Positions 9,522-19,611 of a stretch of DNA of 29,954 nucleotides are shown here, piece by piece. Positions within the stretch are counted from its first letter, which is position 1, and every line of letters starts with the position of its first letter. Source of the stretch: an uncultured Peptococcaceae bacterium (GTDB taxonomy: Bacteria; Bacillota; Peptococcia; DRI-13; DTU073); the NCBI GenBank assembly GCA_964627885.1, contig CAZVLC010000001.1:1-29954 (forward strand). Direction: 5' to 3'. The notes beneath the pieces were generated by a model. The model ran no database searches and was not told where the DNA came from. It saw only the letters and a list, made by a program, of their open reading frames with translations. Both the position numbers and the translations under genes were made by a program.

Positions 9522-10520
9522 ATGTCTACAGAAAGATTGTGTTCATTAATGCAAAGGGAGTTAACCTTGGAATTTGCTCGTGTTACGGAGGCTGCTGCAA
9601 TTGCTTCCGCTCGCTGGTGGGGAAGGGGAGACAAGATTGCGGCTGATGATGCCGCAACTGAAGCAATGCGAGCCATGTTTGATACTGTAAATATTGACGG
9701 TACGGTGGTTATTGGTGAAGGGGAGATGGATGAGGCCCCGATGCTTTATATCGGTGAAAAAGTAGGTTCAGGGAAGAAGGACGTGCAGGTTGATGTAGCT
9801 GTTGATCCGCTGGAGGGAACCAATCTTGTGGCAAAAGGTCTAATGGGGGCGATAACGGTAGTGGCGGTTGCACCGAAAGGTTGTTTATTGCATGCCCCGG
9901 ATATGTACATGGAAAAGATTGCCGCCGGGCCGGCGGCAGTGGGCAAAATCAGTCTCGACGCTACTGTTACGGAAAACGTCAAGGCTGTGGCTAAGAGTTT
10001 GAATAAAGAGGTGGCCGATGTAACGGTTGTTGTATTGGATCGCGAACGCCATGCGCAGATTATTGCGGAACTAAGAAAGATCGGGGCGCGGATTAAACTG
10101 ATTAGTGACGGGGATGTTTCACCAGTAGCAGCCACGAGTATCCCGGGCTCCGGTGTTGATATGGTAATCGGCATTGGTGGTGCGCCGGAGGGAGTATTAG
10201 CTGCCGCGGCCCAGCGGTGTACCGGCGGAGAGTTTCAAGGCAGGCTTTGGCCTGAAACGGAGCATGATATAGAACGCTGTAAGAAGTTGGGGGTTACGGA
10301 TACGAAGAAAATCTTGACGCTTAACGACTTGGTGCGTGGTGATGACGTTATTTTTGCCGCCTCCGGCGTTACGGACGGGGATTTTCTGAAGGGTGTCCGG
10401 TATTATGGTAATTATGGCACTACCCATACGGTAGTGATGAGGGGTGTTTCCGGAACTGTTCGTTTCTTGGAGGCACGGCACAGGATCGATCGAAAAACCC
10501 AATATTCGAGACGCGCTTAA
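9522..10520 (+). CDS. glpX: Fructose-1,6-bisphosphatase class II
   Basis: [38 protein letters not shown]. Strong RBS GAGGAGG; alternative start ATG 9549. Confidence 0.97.
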   Translation: MSTERLCSLMQRELTLEFARVTEAAAIASARWWGRGDKIAADDAATEAMRAMFDTVNIDGTVVIGEGEMDEAPMLYIGEKVGSGKKDVQVDVAVDPLEGTNLVAKGLMGAITVVAVAPKGCLLHAPDMYMEKIAAGPAAVGKISLDATVTENVKAVAKSLNKEVADVTVVVLDRERHAQIIAELRKIGARIKLISDGDVSPVAATSIPGSGVDMVIGIGGAPEGVLAAAAQRCTGGEFQGRLWPETEHDIERCKKLGVTDTKKILTLNDLVRGDDVIFAASGVTDGDFLKGVRYYGNYGTTHTVVMRGVSGTVRFLEARHRIDRKTQYSRRA

Positions 10521-10524
10521 ATTT

Positions 10525-10556
10525 AATTGCATATGGCAATGCAGATAATATATAAT
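10525..10556 (+). promoter_or_regulatory. sigmaA-type promoter of the SDR gene with an overlapping palindrome
   Basis: TTGCAT (10527-10532), 18 bp, TATAAT (10551-10556). ATTGC-ATATG-GCAAT overlaps the -35. Confidence 0.5.
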
Positions 10557-10599
10557 AATTACTAAATCATATGATAATGAAAAAAGTGGAGGGCTGTTC

Positions 10600-11340
10600 A
10601 TGAAATTACAAGGTAAGGTCGCCATCGTTACCGGTTCGACATCCGGCATGGGGAGAGCTACCGCGTTGTTATTTGCGCGGGAAGGAGCCAAGGTAGTCGT
10701 AACAGGGCGTAATGAGGAAAGAGCGAAAGCGGTAGTTGATCAGATCAAAAAAGAAGGCGGGGAAGGGATGTATCTGCTTGTGGATACTGCTCGGCCGGAA
10801 GATGTGAAAATTCTTGTTGACAAAACACTTGAAGTTTACGGGACCATCGATATTCTATATAATAATGCTGGGGCTTTGAGCTTAACTCCTTTGCAGGATG
10901 TATCTTTGGAGGAGTGGAACAGGGTTTTCAATATCAATGTTACATCTGCTCTTTATGCAACACAATTAGTTGCTCCCATTATGAAGGCCAAAGGGAAAGG
11001 CGTTATTCTCAATACGGCGTCTGTGGCGTCATTTGCGGGTCATCATGGGTTTGCCGCTTACATCGCTTCTAAACATGCGATGGCTGGCTTGACTAAATCA
11101 ATGGCGTGGGAACTCGGTCCGGAAATCCGGGTTAATGCCATTGCTCCTGGGTTAATTAATACGGCCATGGTAGAAAGCTGCGGTGGAGTAAAAGCATTGT
11201 CCGGGATGATTGAGGGCTGTCCCCTGAAAAGGCATGGCAATCCGGAGGATATTGCTAGTGTAGCTTTGTTCCTAGTTTCTGATGAATCGTCATTTCTCAA
11301 TGGGCAAATTATTAAGGTTGATGGCGGAATTGAGTGCTAA
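10600..11340 (+). CDS. Classical short-chain dehydrogenase/reductase, probably NADP(H)-dependent
   Basis: TGSTSGMG, NNAG, S...YIASK (YxxxK), IRVNAIAPG. A basic residue after beta2 (TGRN) suggests NADP(H). Substrate unknown. Confidence 0.92.
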   Translation: MKLQGKVAIVTGSTSGMGRATALLFAREGAKVVVTGRNEERAKAVVDQIKKEGGEGMYLLVDTARPEDVKILVDKTLEVYGTIDILYNNAGALSLTPLQDVSLEEWNRVFNINVTSALYATQLVAPIMKAKGKGVILNTASVASFAGHHGFAAYIASKHAMAGLTKSMAWELGPEIRVNAIAPGLINTAMVESCGGVKALSGMIEGCPLKRHGNPEDIASVALFLVSDESSFLNGQIIKVDGGIEC

Positions 11341-11348
11341 ACGCCGCG

Positions 11349-11374
11349 TAGATGAATTTAGATAAATTTAGATG
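11349..11374 (+). repeat. 10-bp tandem repeat TAGAT(G/A)AATT, about 2.6 copies
   Basis: TAGATGAATT 11349-11358, TAGATAAATT 11359-11368, TAGATG 11369-11374. Confidence 0.7.
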
Positions 11375-11413
11375 TTCCCAGGTAAAATTGGTGAAATTCT
11401 GCGTTTTCTCTTC

Positions 11414-11442
11414 TTGTGTTGCTTTAAATCCTATGCTATAAT
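11414..11442 (+). promoter_or_regulatory. Extended -10 sigmaA promoter of rpmE
   Basis: TTGTGT (11414-11419), 17 bp, TGcTATAAT (TATAAT 11437-11442). Confidence 0.65.
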
Positions 11443-11564
11443 ATCCTAATGTAATGCTTTATATTAAAACCTAGCGCACTTATGACTCCGCTCATAAGAT
11501 GAATTGGGCAAAAATAAAGGCAAAAGACCGTTTATAGTAAGGGTTTTTGAAAGAAGGTGAAAAC

Positions 11565-11765
11565 GTGAAAGAAGGTATTCATCCCAAATATTATAAGGCC
11601 AAAGTAACTTGTGCTTGTGGCGAAACCTTTGAGACTGGATCAACAAAGCAAGATTTACGCGTGGAGCTTTGTTCGAAATGCCATCCTTTCTACACTGGTA
11701 AACAGCGTACCGTATTCACAACCGGACGTGTGGAAAGATTTAAGAGTAAGTATGGTCTAGAATAA
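11565..11765 (+). CDS. rpmE: 50S ribosomal protein L31, zinc-binding type A
   Basis: [34 protein letters not shown] start at 11565. Confidence 0.97.
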   Translation: MKEGIHPKYYKAKVTCACGETFETGSTKQDLRVELCSKCHPFYTGKQRTVFTTGRVERFKSKYGLE

Positions 11766-11769
11766 GTTC

Positions 11770-11800
11770 AAATATAGCAGAGCCAAGCTCTGCTATATTT
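11770..11800. terminator. Perfect 14-bp hairpin after rpmE
   Basis: AAATATAGCAGAGC-caa-GCTCTGCTATATTT. Confidence 0.75.
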
Positions 11801-11857
11801 ATATTGGATTGTGTTAGTGCAAGCTGGGTTATTACCCCAGGGAAGGGGGTCTGCTTT

Positions 11858-12802
11858 ATGGCCCGTTATAATTACGGAGGTCAGGCGGTTATTGAAGGTG
11901 TAATGATGCGCGGAAAAAAGAAGATGGCTGTTGCGGTACGCCGTACGCCGGAGGAGATTGTCTACGATCTTCAGACGGTGAGTACCATATCCGAACGTTT
12001 CCGCTTTTTAGGGTTGCCTTTTATTCGGGGGATTGTTTCATTAATTGAGTCCATGATTCTTGGCATCAAAACGCTAACCTATTCCGCCAATCAGGTTGTG
12101 GAGGGAGAAGAGGAAGGGGAGACCTTGAGTAATTGGGAGTTAGGGCTTTCCGTCGCCTTCGCTTTGGTCGCGGGGACGGCTCTCTTTGCGCTATTGCCGG
12201 TTGGTCTAGCTCATTTGCTGAAAGAGTATGTGCCGGGGTATGTCCTTCAAAACCTCTTAGAGGGAGTCTTCCGGGTATTGATCTTTCTCGCTTATGTGGT
12301 GGCTATTTCTTTCATGGAGGATATTCAGCGGGTTTTTCAATATCATGGGGCGGAACACAAAACTATATTTACTTATGAAGCAGGGGAGGAACTGACCCCG
12401 GAAAACGCCCGTAAATACTCTACCTTGCATCCGCGGTGCGGGACCAGTTTTTTGCTTTTTGTGATGGTGATCAGTATTTTTGTTTTTTCGCTTACCGGGG
12501 AAACGGGGCTGTGGATGCGTCTCCTTTCACGGATTTTATTGTTGCCGGTGGTGGCGGGAGTATCTTATGAATTTTTAAAGTTGACGGCCAAATATCAACA
12601 TATTGGAATTATGAAGATGCTAAGTATGCCTGGTATGTGGCTGCAAAAGCTTACAACCAGAGAGCCGGATGACAGTCAACTGGCAGTGGCGATCTATGCC
12701 TTGGAAAAGGTCTTGGCGGCAGAGCGGGAAGAAGAGAGCAAAACGGAAGGTGAAGTGAGAAAAGATGTTGGAGAAGTTGCAACAGTTGGAAGATCGCTAT
12801 GA
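11858..12802 (+). CDS. DUF1385 (YqhQ-like) membrane protein
   Basis: [42 protein letters not shown] 11858 follows RBS AAGGGGG. Confidence 0.9.
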   Translation: MARYNYGGQAVIEGVMMRGKKKMAVAVRRTPEEIVYDLQTVSTISERFRFLGLPFIRGIVSLIESMILGIKTLTYSANQVVEGEEEGETLSNWELGLSVAFALVAGTALFALLPVGLAHLLKEYVPGYVLQNLLEGVFRVLIFLAYVVAISFMEDIQRVFQYHGAEHKTIFTYEAGEELTPENARKYSTLHPRCGTSFLLFVMVISIFVFSLTGETGLWMRLLSRILLLPVVAGVSYEFLKLTAKYQHIGIMKMLSMPGMWLQKLTTREPDDSQLAVAIYALEKVLAAEREEESKTEGEVRKDVGEVATVGRSL

Positions 12803-13835
12803 AGAACTAACTCGTTTAATTAGCGACCCCGAGGTAATCAGCAACCAAAATGAATGGAAAAAGCATACCAAAGCTCATGCAGCGCTTGAGGATGTAGTGA
12901 TGGTATATCGAGAATATAAGCAAGTGAGGCAAAGCATTCAAAATAATGAGGAATTATTGGCGGAGAATCAGGACCCCGAGTTTAATGAACTGATCCAAAT
13001 TGATTTAGAGGAATTAAAGGAAAAGGAAGCGGCACTGGAGAATGAACTAAAGGTGCTTCTTTTACCGAAAGACCCTAATGACGAAAAGAATGTCATCATG
13101 GAGATTAGGGGAGGTACCGGTGGGGAAGAGGCCGCCTTATTTGCGGCGGACTTATTAAAAATGTATAACCGTTATGCGGAAAAAAGAGGCTGGAAAATGG
13201 AGATGCTTTCGGGCAACTATACGGATATTGGTGGGTTTAAGGAAGCGATTGTGATGATTGAAGGCAAAGGCGCGTTTAGCCGGTTAAAATTTGAAAGTGG
13301 AGTACATCGGGTGCAACGTGTTCCTACCACCGAATCAGGAGGACGGATTCATACCTCGGCGGCTACGGTAGCGGTATTACCGGAGGCGGAAGAGGTAGAT
13401 ATTGAGATAGATCCAAATGATATTCGTGTTGATATCTTCTGTTCAAGCGGACCGGGCGGACAATCGGTGAATACGACTCAATCGGCGATTCGGGTGACGC
13501 ATATTCCTACCGGCATGGTGGTATCCTGTCAGGACGAAAAGTCCCAGCATAAAAATAAGGATAAAGCAATGAAAGTATTGCGGGCCCGTTTGTTGGAAAA
13601 GGCGCAGGAAGAGCAAATGGGGGAAATGGCCAGTGCGCGCCGGGTTATGGTCGGCAGCGGGGATCGGAGTGAACGGATTCGCACTTACAATTTTCCGCAG
13701 GGGAGAGTAACGGATCACCGGATCGGACTTACCTCTTATCGCCTTGAGGATGTCTTACTGGGTGAACTTGATGAATTCATCGATTCTTTGATTACCAGTG
13801 ATCAAGCCGAAAAATTAAAGAGGGTGGATTCTTAA
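12765..13835 (+). CDS. prfA: Peptide chain release factor 1
   Basis: [24 protein letters not shown] (PxT), [21 protein letters not shown]. Confidence 0.98.
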   Translation: MLEKLQQLEDRYEELTRLISDPEVISNQNEWKKHTKAHAALEDVVMVYREYKQVRQSIQNNEELLAENQDPEFNELIQIDLEELKEKEAALENELKVLLLPKDPNDEKNVIMEIRGGTGGEEAALFAADLLKMYNRYAEKRGWKMEMLSGNYTDIGGFKEAIVMIEGKGAFSRLKFESGVHRVQRVPTTESGGRIHTSAATVAVLPEAEEVDIEIDPNDIRVDIFCSSGPGGQSVNTTQSAIRVTHIPTGMVVSCQDEKSQHKNKDKAMKVLRARLLEKAQEEQMGEMASARRVMVGSGDRSERIRTYNFPQGRVTDHRIGLTSYRLEDVLLGELDEFIDSLITSDQAEKLKRVDS

Positions 13836-14698
13836 TGACGTGTCAAACATGGCCGCATACCGGGGAAGAGGCTCTCCGGTGGGCGGCTTCCTTTTTAAAG
13901 GAAAAGGGCTGGACAACATACTTAGCCGGGCAGGAAGCAAGATTTCTGTTGGCCAAAGCCTGGCAGAAAGATTTTTTGCATCTGGTGATTGGCTTAAAGG
14001 ACAGTCTTGATGCTGCAACGTGGGAGAATTTTCAATACTTAGTCAGGCAAAGAGGAGACAATGAGCCATTGCATTATCTACTGGAAGAAAAGGAATTCAT
14101 GTCGCTGACCTTTAAAGTATCGCCTGCAGTGCTGATCCCGCGTTGGGATACCGAGGTGCTGGTCGAGGAGGCACTACGGCTCATGAAGCCATTGGGCCAA
14201 TCGCGCATTCTTGATATAGGGACGGGCAGTGGGATTATTGCGATTGCTTTAGCCTACTCTCTTCCTGGGGCTAAGGTTGTGGCGGTGGATATCTCCGCAG
14301 AAGCCTTGCAGATTGCCCGGGAAAATGCCCGGTGCCATGGGGTGGCCGAAAAAATCAGTTTCCGGCAAGGTGACTTATTTGAACCGTTGGCGGAAGGAGA
14401 ATGCTTTGATTTAATCGCAGCTAATCCGCCTTATTTGACTGCTTCGGAAATGGAAGCTTTGCCTCCTGATGTGCGGAAGGAACCCGCCTTAGCTTTAGCC
14501 GGGGGAGCCGATGGGCTGGATTTTTACCGGCGGATTGCCAAAGCCACCAAGAATTATCTAGCTCCGGACGGACATCTTTTGCTGGAGATAGGTTGGCAGC
14601 AAGGGACGGCGGTAAGCGGGCTTTTGGCCGAGCAAGGGATTGCCCCGGTAAAAATATTGCGGGACCTGGAGGAAAGGGAGCGCGTTGTGTTATACTAG
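13835..14698 (+). CDS. prmC: Release factor glutamine methyltransferase
   Basis: VLIPRWDTEVLV, LDIGTGSG, ANPPY, GGADGLDFYR; follows prfA. Confidence 0.96.
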   Translation: MTCQTWPHTGEEALRWAASFLKEKGWTTYLAGQEARFLLAKAWQKDFLHLVIGLKDSLDAATWENFQYLVRQRGDNEPLHYLLEEKEFMSLTFKVSPAVLIPRWDTEVLVEEALRLMKPLGQSRILDIGTGSGIIAIALAYSLPGAKVVAVDISAEALQIARENARCHGVAEKISFRQGDLFEPLAEGECFDLIAANPPYLTASEMEALPPDVRKEPALALAGGADGLDFYRRIAKATKNYLAPDGHLLLEIGWQQGTAVSGLLAEQGIAPVKILRDLEERERVVLY

Positions 14699-14769
14699 GA
14701 AGCATAAAAAGGATTAATCTATAGGATTTATCAAACAGAAGCTGAAATGTATGGAGTGAATAGAGAAGG

Positions 14770-15837
14770 TTGAGCAAAATGGAAACTAACTTTTGGGCTG
14801 TGTCGGCGGAAAGGCCGGAGCAGAACTTGATTATACAAGCCGCAGCAATTATTAAGAGCGGAGGGTTGGTAGCCTTCCCGACGGAAACGGTTTACGGCCT
14901 AGGGGCCGATGGCTTGAATCCGGAAGCGGTGAGACGAATTTTTACGGCGAAAGGGAGGCCCTCCGATAATCCGCTGATTTTACATGTAGCGAGGCAGGAC
15001 GAGGTATACCGTTTGGCGGCCCAGGTGAATGAGCAAGCCGAAAAATTAATGCGGCGTTTCTGGCCGGGTCCGTTAACTTTGGTTTTACCGAAGGCGCCCT
15101 GCATACCTGATGAGGTTACGGCGGGATTGGATACGGTAGCGTTAAGGATGCCGCGGCACCCTGTGGCCTTAGCTTTAATTGCCGCCAGCGGGGTACCGAT
15201 TGCTGCTCCAAGTGCGAATCGGTCCGGTTATCCCAGTCCCACGACCGGGCGTCATGTTTATACCGATTTGGCCGGACGGATTGAGGCAGTATTAGAAAGT
15301 GGCCCCACAGGGGTGGGATTAGAATCAACAGTGCTGGACTTGTCCGGGGATGTTCCGTCTATTTTGCGCCCGGGCGGGATTACGCGGGAGGAATTGGCGG
15401 CAGTGCTTGGAAAAGTAATGGTTGATCCCGGTTTGCTTGATCCCCGGCAAAAGCCCAAAGCTCCGGGAATGAAATATACTCATTATTCGCCGCGGGCCGA
15501 AGTAATGCTGCTCAATGGTTCGCGCGAACAAAACGCCTTAAAAATCCGGGAATTGGTGGCGGAGAGTGCACAAAAAGGGCAAAAGATCGGGCTTTTGCTT
15601 ACCAGCGAAACCTGGCAATATTTACGGGATTTGCAGGAGAATGTTGGCTATGTGCGGGATTTGGGCAGTTGCACACACCTCGAGGATATTGCTCACGTTT
15701 TGTACAGTGAGTTAAGGAACTGTGATTTGGCCCAAGTGGAGCTTATCTATACGGAAACATATCAGGCTGAAGGAATCGGTGCCGCTTTGATGAATCGCTT
15801 GTTAAAATCGGCCGGTTATAAGGTCATTAATCCTTAA
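14770..15837 (+). CDS. tsaC: Threonylcarbamoyl-AMP synthase, Sua5 type (YrdC plus SUA5 domain)
   Basis: VAFPTETVYGLGA, KGRPSDNPLILH, AAPSANRSG, PKAPGMKYTHYSP. The start may be ATG 14779. Confidence 0.96.
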   Translation: MSKMETNFWAVSAERPEQNLIIQAAAIIKSGGLVAFPTETVYGLGADGLNPEAVRRIFTAKGRPSDNPLILHVARQDEVYRLAAQVNEQAEKLMRRFWPGPLTLVLPKAPCIPDEVTAGLDTVALRMPRHPVALALIAASGVPIAAPSANRSGYPSPTTGRHVYTDLAGRIEAVLESGPTGVGLESTVLDLSGDVPSILRPGGITREELAAVLGKVMVDPGLLDPRQKPKAPGMKYTHYSPRAEVMLLNGSREQNALKIRELVAESAQKGQKIGLLLTSETWQYLRDLQENVGYVRDLGSCTHLEDIAHVLYSELRNCDLAQVELIYTETYQAEGIGAALMNRLLKSAGYKVINP

Positions 15838-15872
15838 GTGTAAATGATAATACTGTTAAGGAGAGATTTGCT

Positions 15873-16433
15873 TTGGATTATGCAACGGTTTTACTGGTCT
15901 CTGTAGCTTTGGGTATTGATGCTTTTTCTGTAGCAATTGGTCTTGGTTTAATGGGTGTAAAAATCAGAGAAATCCTTTTGGTTTCGGGTGTGGTCAGCCT
16001 TTTCCATGTCTTTATGCCTTTGATTGGGCTTTATCTGGGAGCTTACTTGGGAAATATCGCCGGACCGATTGCCAGTCTCATCGGGGCGCTGGTTCTTTTG
16101 GCCATTGGACTGAATATATGTTGGGATAGTCTGCGTGAAACTTGCTTGCCGCAGGGAACTAAGGCTAAAGCGGCCATCAATATTCATAGCCCGCTCAGCT
16201 TAATAGTAATGGCAGGGAGTGTCAGCCTTGACGCGTTGTCAGTAGGCTTTGGGCTGGGCACCTTGCGAGTTGATTTATTATTAACAGTTTTCACTATGGG
16301 CGTTATAGCAGGGCTGATGACAGCGATCGGGATGACCTTTGGTCGAGGATTACATAAAGTAGTGGGGGAAAAAGCTGGGATCATCGGAGGAATCATCTTG
16401 GTAGTGATTGGGCTGAGGTTATTAATCAGCTAG
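15873..16433 (+). CDS. mntP: Manganese efflux pump MntP family (YwlD)
   Basis: Two repeats with DAFSVA and SLDALSVG motifs; six hydrophobic segments. Confidence 0.88.
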   Translation: MDYATVLLVSVALGIDAFSVAIGLGLMGVKIREILLVSGVVSLFHVFMPLIGLYLGAYLGNIAGPIASLIGALVLLAIGLNICWDSLRETCLPQGTKAKAAINIHSPLSLIVMAGSVSLDALSVGFGLGTLRVDLLLTVFTMGVIAGLMTAIGMTFGRGLHKVVGEKAGIIGGIILVVIGLRLLIS

Positions 16434-16446
16434 AGGAGGGTAAGAA

Positions 16447-17211
16447 ATGGCTGAAGAGAAAACCAATGAGCGAAGGAAGACGATTCTTTTTGTCTGTACC
16501 GGCAATACCTGTCGCAGTTCGATGGCGGAAGCGTTAGCCAAAGATTTTCTCGAACGCAGACAAGCCGAAAATACCGAGGACAGGACTTTACCGGAAATTA
16601 AGGTACTTTCGGCGGGGACAGGAGCGCTTGAGAATGAGCCCGCTTCGACGCAAGCCCAACTTGTGATGTCGGAACGGGGCTTGGATCTTTCCGGGCATCA
16701 GGCGCGGTTTTTGACGACCAAGATGTTACAGGAAGCGGATCTAATTCTGACCATGACCAAAAGGCATCAAGAATATATTGAAGAAATAATGCCCCAAGTC
16801 CAGGGAAAGGTGTACCTACTAAAGGAATACGCGCAGGGAGAGAGCGCCTTGCAAGCCTTGCAGGAAAAAGCCGCCGCTTTGTATGAGCAAATTGAAAAGA
16901 AAAAACGCTCGTTTTATCAAGCGCATCGTCAAGAAATTGAGGCTTTAGAGAACCGGAAGGAAGCTTTATTGCGCCAGTTAAAGGAAGTTGAAAACGAGTT
17001 TAATGCTTGGGAAAAGCAATTAGCGGAGATTGCGGCCGGAGAAATCAGCGAACTCAAAAAAGTGGAAGAGCTGCTGAGCAATCAAGATATTTTTGATCCC
17101 TTTGGGCAACCGGCGGAAGCGTACCGGCAATGTGCCAATGAGCTCATGGAATATATCCCGAAGGCCTTAGATAGATTTTTGCAGGAGAAATCCTCTCCTA
17201 AGTCGAAATAA
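16447..17211 (+). CDS. ywlE: Low-molecular-weight protein arginine phosphatase (YwlE-like) with a coiled-coil insertion
   Basis: P-loop CTGNTCRS (with the Thr typical of pArg phosphatases), SAGT, D.ILTMT..H and DIFDPFG general-acid loop. Lies between mntP and rpiB as in Bacillus. Confidence 0.85.
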   Translation: MAEEKTNERRKTILFVCTGNTCRSSMAEALAKDFLERRQAENTEDRTLPEIKVLSAGTGALENEPASTQAQLVMSERGLDLSGHQARFLTTKMLQEADLILTMTKRHQEYIEEIMPQVQGKVYLLKEYAQGESALQALQEKAAALYEQIEKKKRSFYQAHRQEIEALENRKEALLRQLKEVENEFNAWEKQLAEIAAGEISELKKVEELLSNQDIFDPFGQPAEAYRQCANELMEYIPKALDRFLQEKSSPKSK

Positions 17212-17270
17212 AACATATTATTTTTGTATTGTCTTATAGTATCATTTTATAGTAAAGGGGATGCAGGTTT

Positions 17271-17717
17271 TTGTTAAGGATTGCTTTAGGGGCAGATCAC
17301 GGCGGGTTTCAGTTGAAAGAAGAAATTAAAAAATGGTTGACGGAGAAGGAAGAATATCAAATTCAGGATTTTGGGACCTATAGTACGGAGTCGTGTGATT
17401 ATCCCGATATTGCTTTAGCCGTAGCACAAGCGGTGGCCGGGAAAGAATGTGATTTAGGGATTATCGTTTGTGGAACAGGTATTGGTGTCAGTATTGTCGC
17501 CAATAAAGTTCCGGGGATACGCGCCGCTTTGTGTCATGATACTTTTTCGGCGAAAGCCTCACGGGAACATAATGATGCTAATGTTTTAACTTTGGGAGAA
17601 AGAGTCACCGGACGGGGTTTGGCTTTGGAAATAGTCGAAGCGTGGCTAAAGGCGTGTTTTGCCGGGGGGAGACATCAGAGAAGGGTTGATAAGATTTCGG
17701 CACTCGATCAAAGGTAG
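17271..17717 (+). CDS. rpiB: Ribose-5-phosphate isomerase B
   Basis: GADHGGF, DYPD, CGTGIG, ANKVPGIRAA, HNDANVL, RHQRRV. Confidence 0.97.
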   Translation: MLRIALGADHGGFQLKEEIKKWLTEKEEYQIQDFGTYSTESCDYPDIALAVAQAVAGKECDLGIIVCGTGIGVSIVANKVPGIRAALCHDTFSAKASREHNDANVLTLGERVTGRGLALEIVEAWLKACFAGGRHQRRVDKISALDQR

Positions 17718-17753
17718 CAGAAAGGTGACCATGTGACGTAAGGGGGTGTAACT

Positions 17754-18302
17754 TTGGAGCTTAGCGAAATTACCATAGAAGTGCGAACAGCTTTGCAGGA
17801 GCTATTGGCAGAGGCGGCTTTACGGGAAAAACAAATTTTGGTCATTGGTTGCAGTACCAGTGAGGTAAGCGGGAAGAAAATTGGCACATCTTCCAGCATG
17901 GAGGTAGCCGCAGCTTTATGGGCAGGGATAGCGCCTCTAGTGCAGGAACACGGAATTTATCCGGCGATTCAATGCTGTGAACATTTGAACAGAGCATTAG
18001 TTGTGGAAGAAGAGGTGCTAGAGAGATATTCTTTGGAACAGGTTGCTGTTTACCCTGTGCAGGGAGCAGGAGGAAGTTTGGCGAATTATGCCATGAAGTC
18101 GATGCAACATCCGGTTGTGGTGGAAAGAATCCAGGCCCATGCGGGAATAGATATTGGCGATACCTTAATTGGGATGCATTTAAAACCGGTTGCTGTGCCG
18201 GTCCGGGGTTCTTTAGCGAAAATCGGACAGGCTCATTTAACAATGGCGCGCACCAGGCCTAAGCTTATTGGCGGCGAGCGAGCCCGCTATCATTGCGATT
18301 AA
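17754..18302 (+). CDS. ywlG: UPF0340/DUF436 protein (YwlG)
   Basis: [51 protein letters not shown]. Confidence 0.92.
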   Translation: MELSEITIEVRTALQELLAEAALREKQILVIGCSTSEVSGKKIGTSSSMEVAAALWAGIAPLVQEHGIYPAIQCCEHLNRALVVEEEVLERYSLEQVAVYPVQGAGGSLANYAMKSMQHPVVVERIQAHAGIDIGDTLIGMHLKPVAVPVRGSLAKIGQAHLTMARTRPKLIGGERARYHCD

Positions 18303-18345
18303 AATAATAAACTTGAGAGAAAAAAGAAAGGAAGAGGAGAAGATT

Positions 18346-19611
18346 ATGGACTATATTGAAAAGTATGTTTTACCGGTTGACCCGGAGCTGGCAGAGTATA
18401 TTGCCGGAGAAGAAAAAAGGCAATTAAACAAGATTGAGTTGATTGCTTCCGAAAATTTTGTGAGTAGAGCGGTGATGGCGGCTCAGGGGTCGGTTTTGAC
18501 CAATAAATATGCGGAAGGATATCCGGCGAAACGTTACTACGGTGGCTGTGAATGGGTGGACAAGGTTGAGGATTTGGCACGTGACAGAGCCAAAGCGATT
18601 TTCCAGGCAGAGCATGCCAATGTGCAACCTCATTCCGGAGCTCAAGCCAATACTGCTGTTTATTTTGCCCTTGTTAACCCCGGTGATACAATAATGGGGA
18701 TGAATTTAAGTCATGGCGGGCATTTAACCCATGGTAGCCCAGTGAATATTTCCGGAAAGTACTTTAATTTTGTCGCCTATGGCGTAAATCAAGAGACCGA
18801 ACGGATTGACTATGATGAATTAGCCCGGATGGCCAGGGAAACGAAGCCAAAGATTATTGTGTCCGGCGCCAGTGCCTATCCCCGCATTATTGATTTTGCC
18901 AGAATCGCGGAAATCTGCCGCGAAGTCGGGGCAATTATGATGGTAGACATGGCTCATATCGCCGGATTAGTTGCGGCGGGGTTGCATCCTAATCCTTGCC
19001 TTTATGCCGATATCGTTACGACGACCACGCACAAAACCTTGCGCGGGCCAAGAGGCGGGATGATTTTATGCAAGCAGGAATATGCGCAGGCGATTGATAA
19101 GGCTATTTTCCCAGGAATACAGGGCGGACCGCTCATGCATGTTATAGCGGCGAAGGCAGCTGCTTTTAAGGAAGCAACGGAGCCTGCCTTTAAGGCATAT
19201 CAGGAACAGATCGTCAAAAATGCGCAAGCCTTGGCAAAGGCGCTTACGGAAAAAGGGTTCCGGCTTATTTCCGGTGGGACAGATAATCATCTGATGCTTG
19301 TTGACCTCAGAAGCAAAGAGATTACCGGGAAGGAAGCAGAGCATCGTTTGGATGAGGCGGGGGTGACCGTTAATAAAAACACGATTCCTTATGATCCGCA
19401 AAGCCCCTTTGTCACCAGCGGGATTAGAATTGGCACACCGGCCGTGACAACCCGGGGGATGAAGGAACAGGAAATGGAGAAAATTGCGGAGATTATTGAT
19501 TTAGTGATTACGCAGCGTGCGGATGACGGCGCGCAGGAAAAAGCCCGGGAGATGGTTAAAGCTCTTACAGGGGTATTTCCTCTGGTGGCTGGAGATGTAG
19601 CAGTCCGGTAA
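18346..19611 (+). CDS. glyA: Serine hydroxymethyltransferase
   Basis: [50 protein letters not shown] 18346 follows RBS GAGGAG. Confidence 0.99.
   Translation: MDYIEKYVLPVDPELAEYIAGEEKRQLNKIELIASENFVSRAVMAAQGSVLTNKYAEGYPAKRYYGGCEWVDKVEDLARDRAKAIFQAEHANVQPHSGAQANTAVYFALVNPGDTIMGMNLSHGGHLTHGSPVNISGKYFNFVAYGVNQETERIDYDELARMARETKPKIIVSGASAYPRIIDFARIAEICREVGAIMMVDMAHIAGLVAAGLHPNPCLYADIVTTTTHKTLRGPRGGMILCKQEYAQAIDKAIFPGIQGGPLMHVIAAKAAAFKEATEPAFKAYQEQIVKNAQALAKALTEKGFRLISGGTDNHLMLVDLRSKEITGKEAEHRLDEAGVTVNKNTIPYDPQSPFVTSGIRIGTPAVTTRGMKEQEMEKIAEIIDLVITQRADDGAQEKAREMVKALTGVFPLVAGDVAVR

Noticed and set aside
9746-10691. Long minus-strand ORFs opposite glpX (142 and 164 aa), and similar shadows opposite fba, atpD, ywlG and prmC
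   Set aside because: They are antisense shadows of well-supported genes, with no recognisable motifs or RBS.
11332-11340. GAGTGCTAA, the right half of the CIRCE (HrcA) element, at the SDR stop codon
   Set aside because: The left half TTAGCACTC is not present 9 bp upstream. The match is coding sequence (E-C-stop) at a gene's 3' end.
15838-15872. Mn-sensing yybP-ykoY riboswitch before mntP, or a ZTP riboswitch before glyA
   Set aside because: The intergenic gaps are only 35 nt and 43 nt, with no fitting structure.
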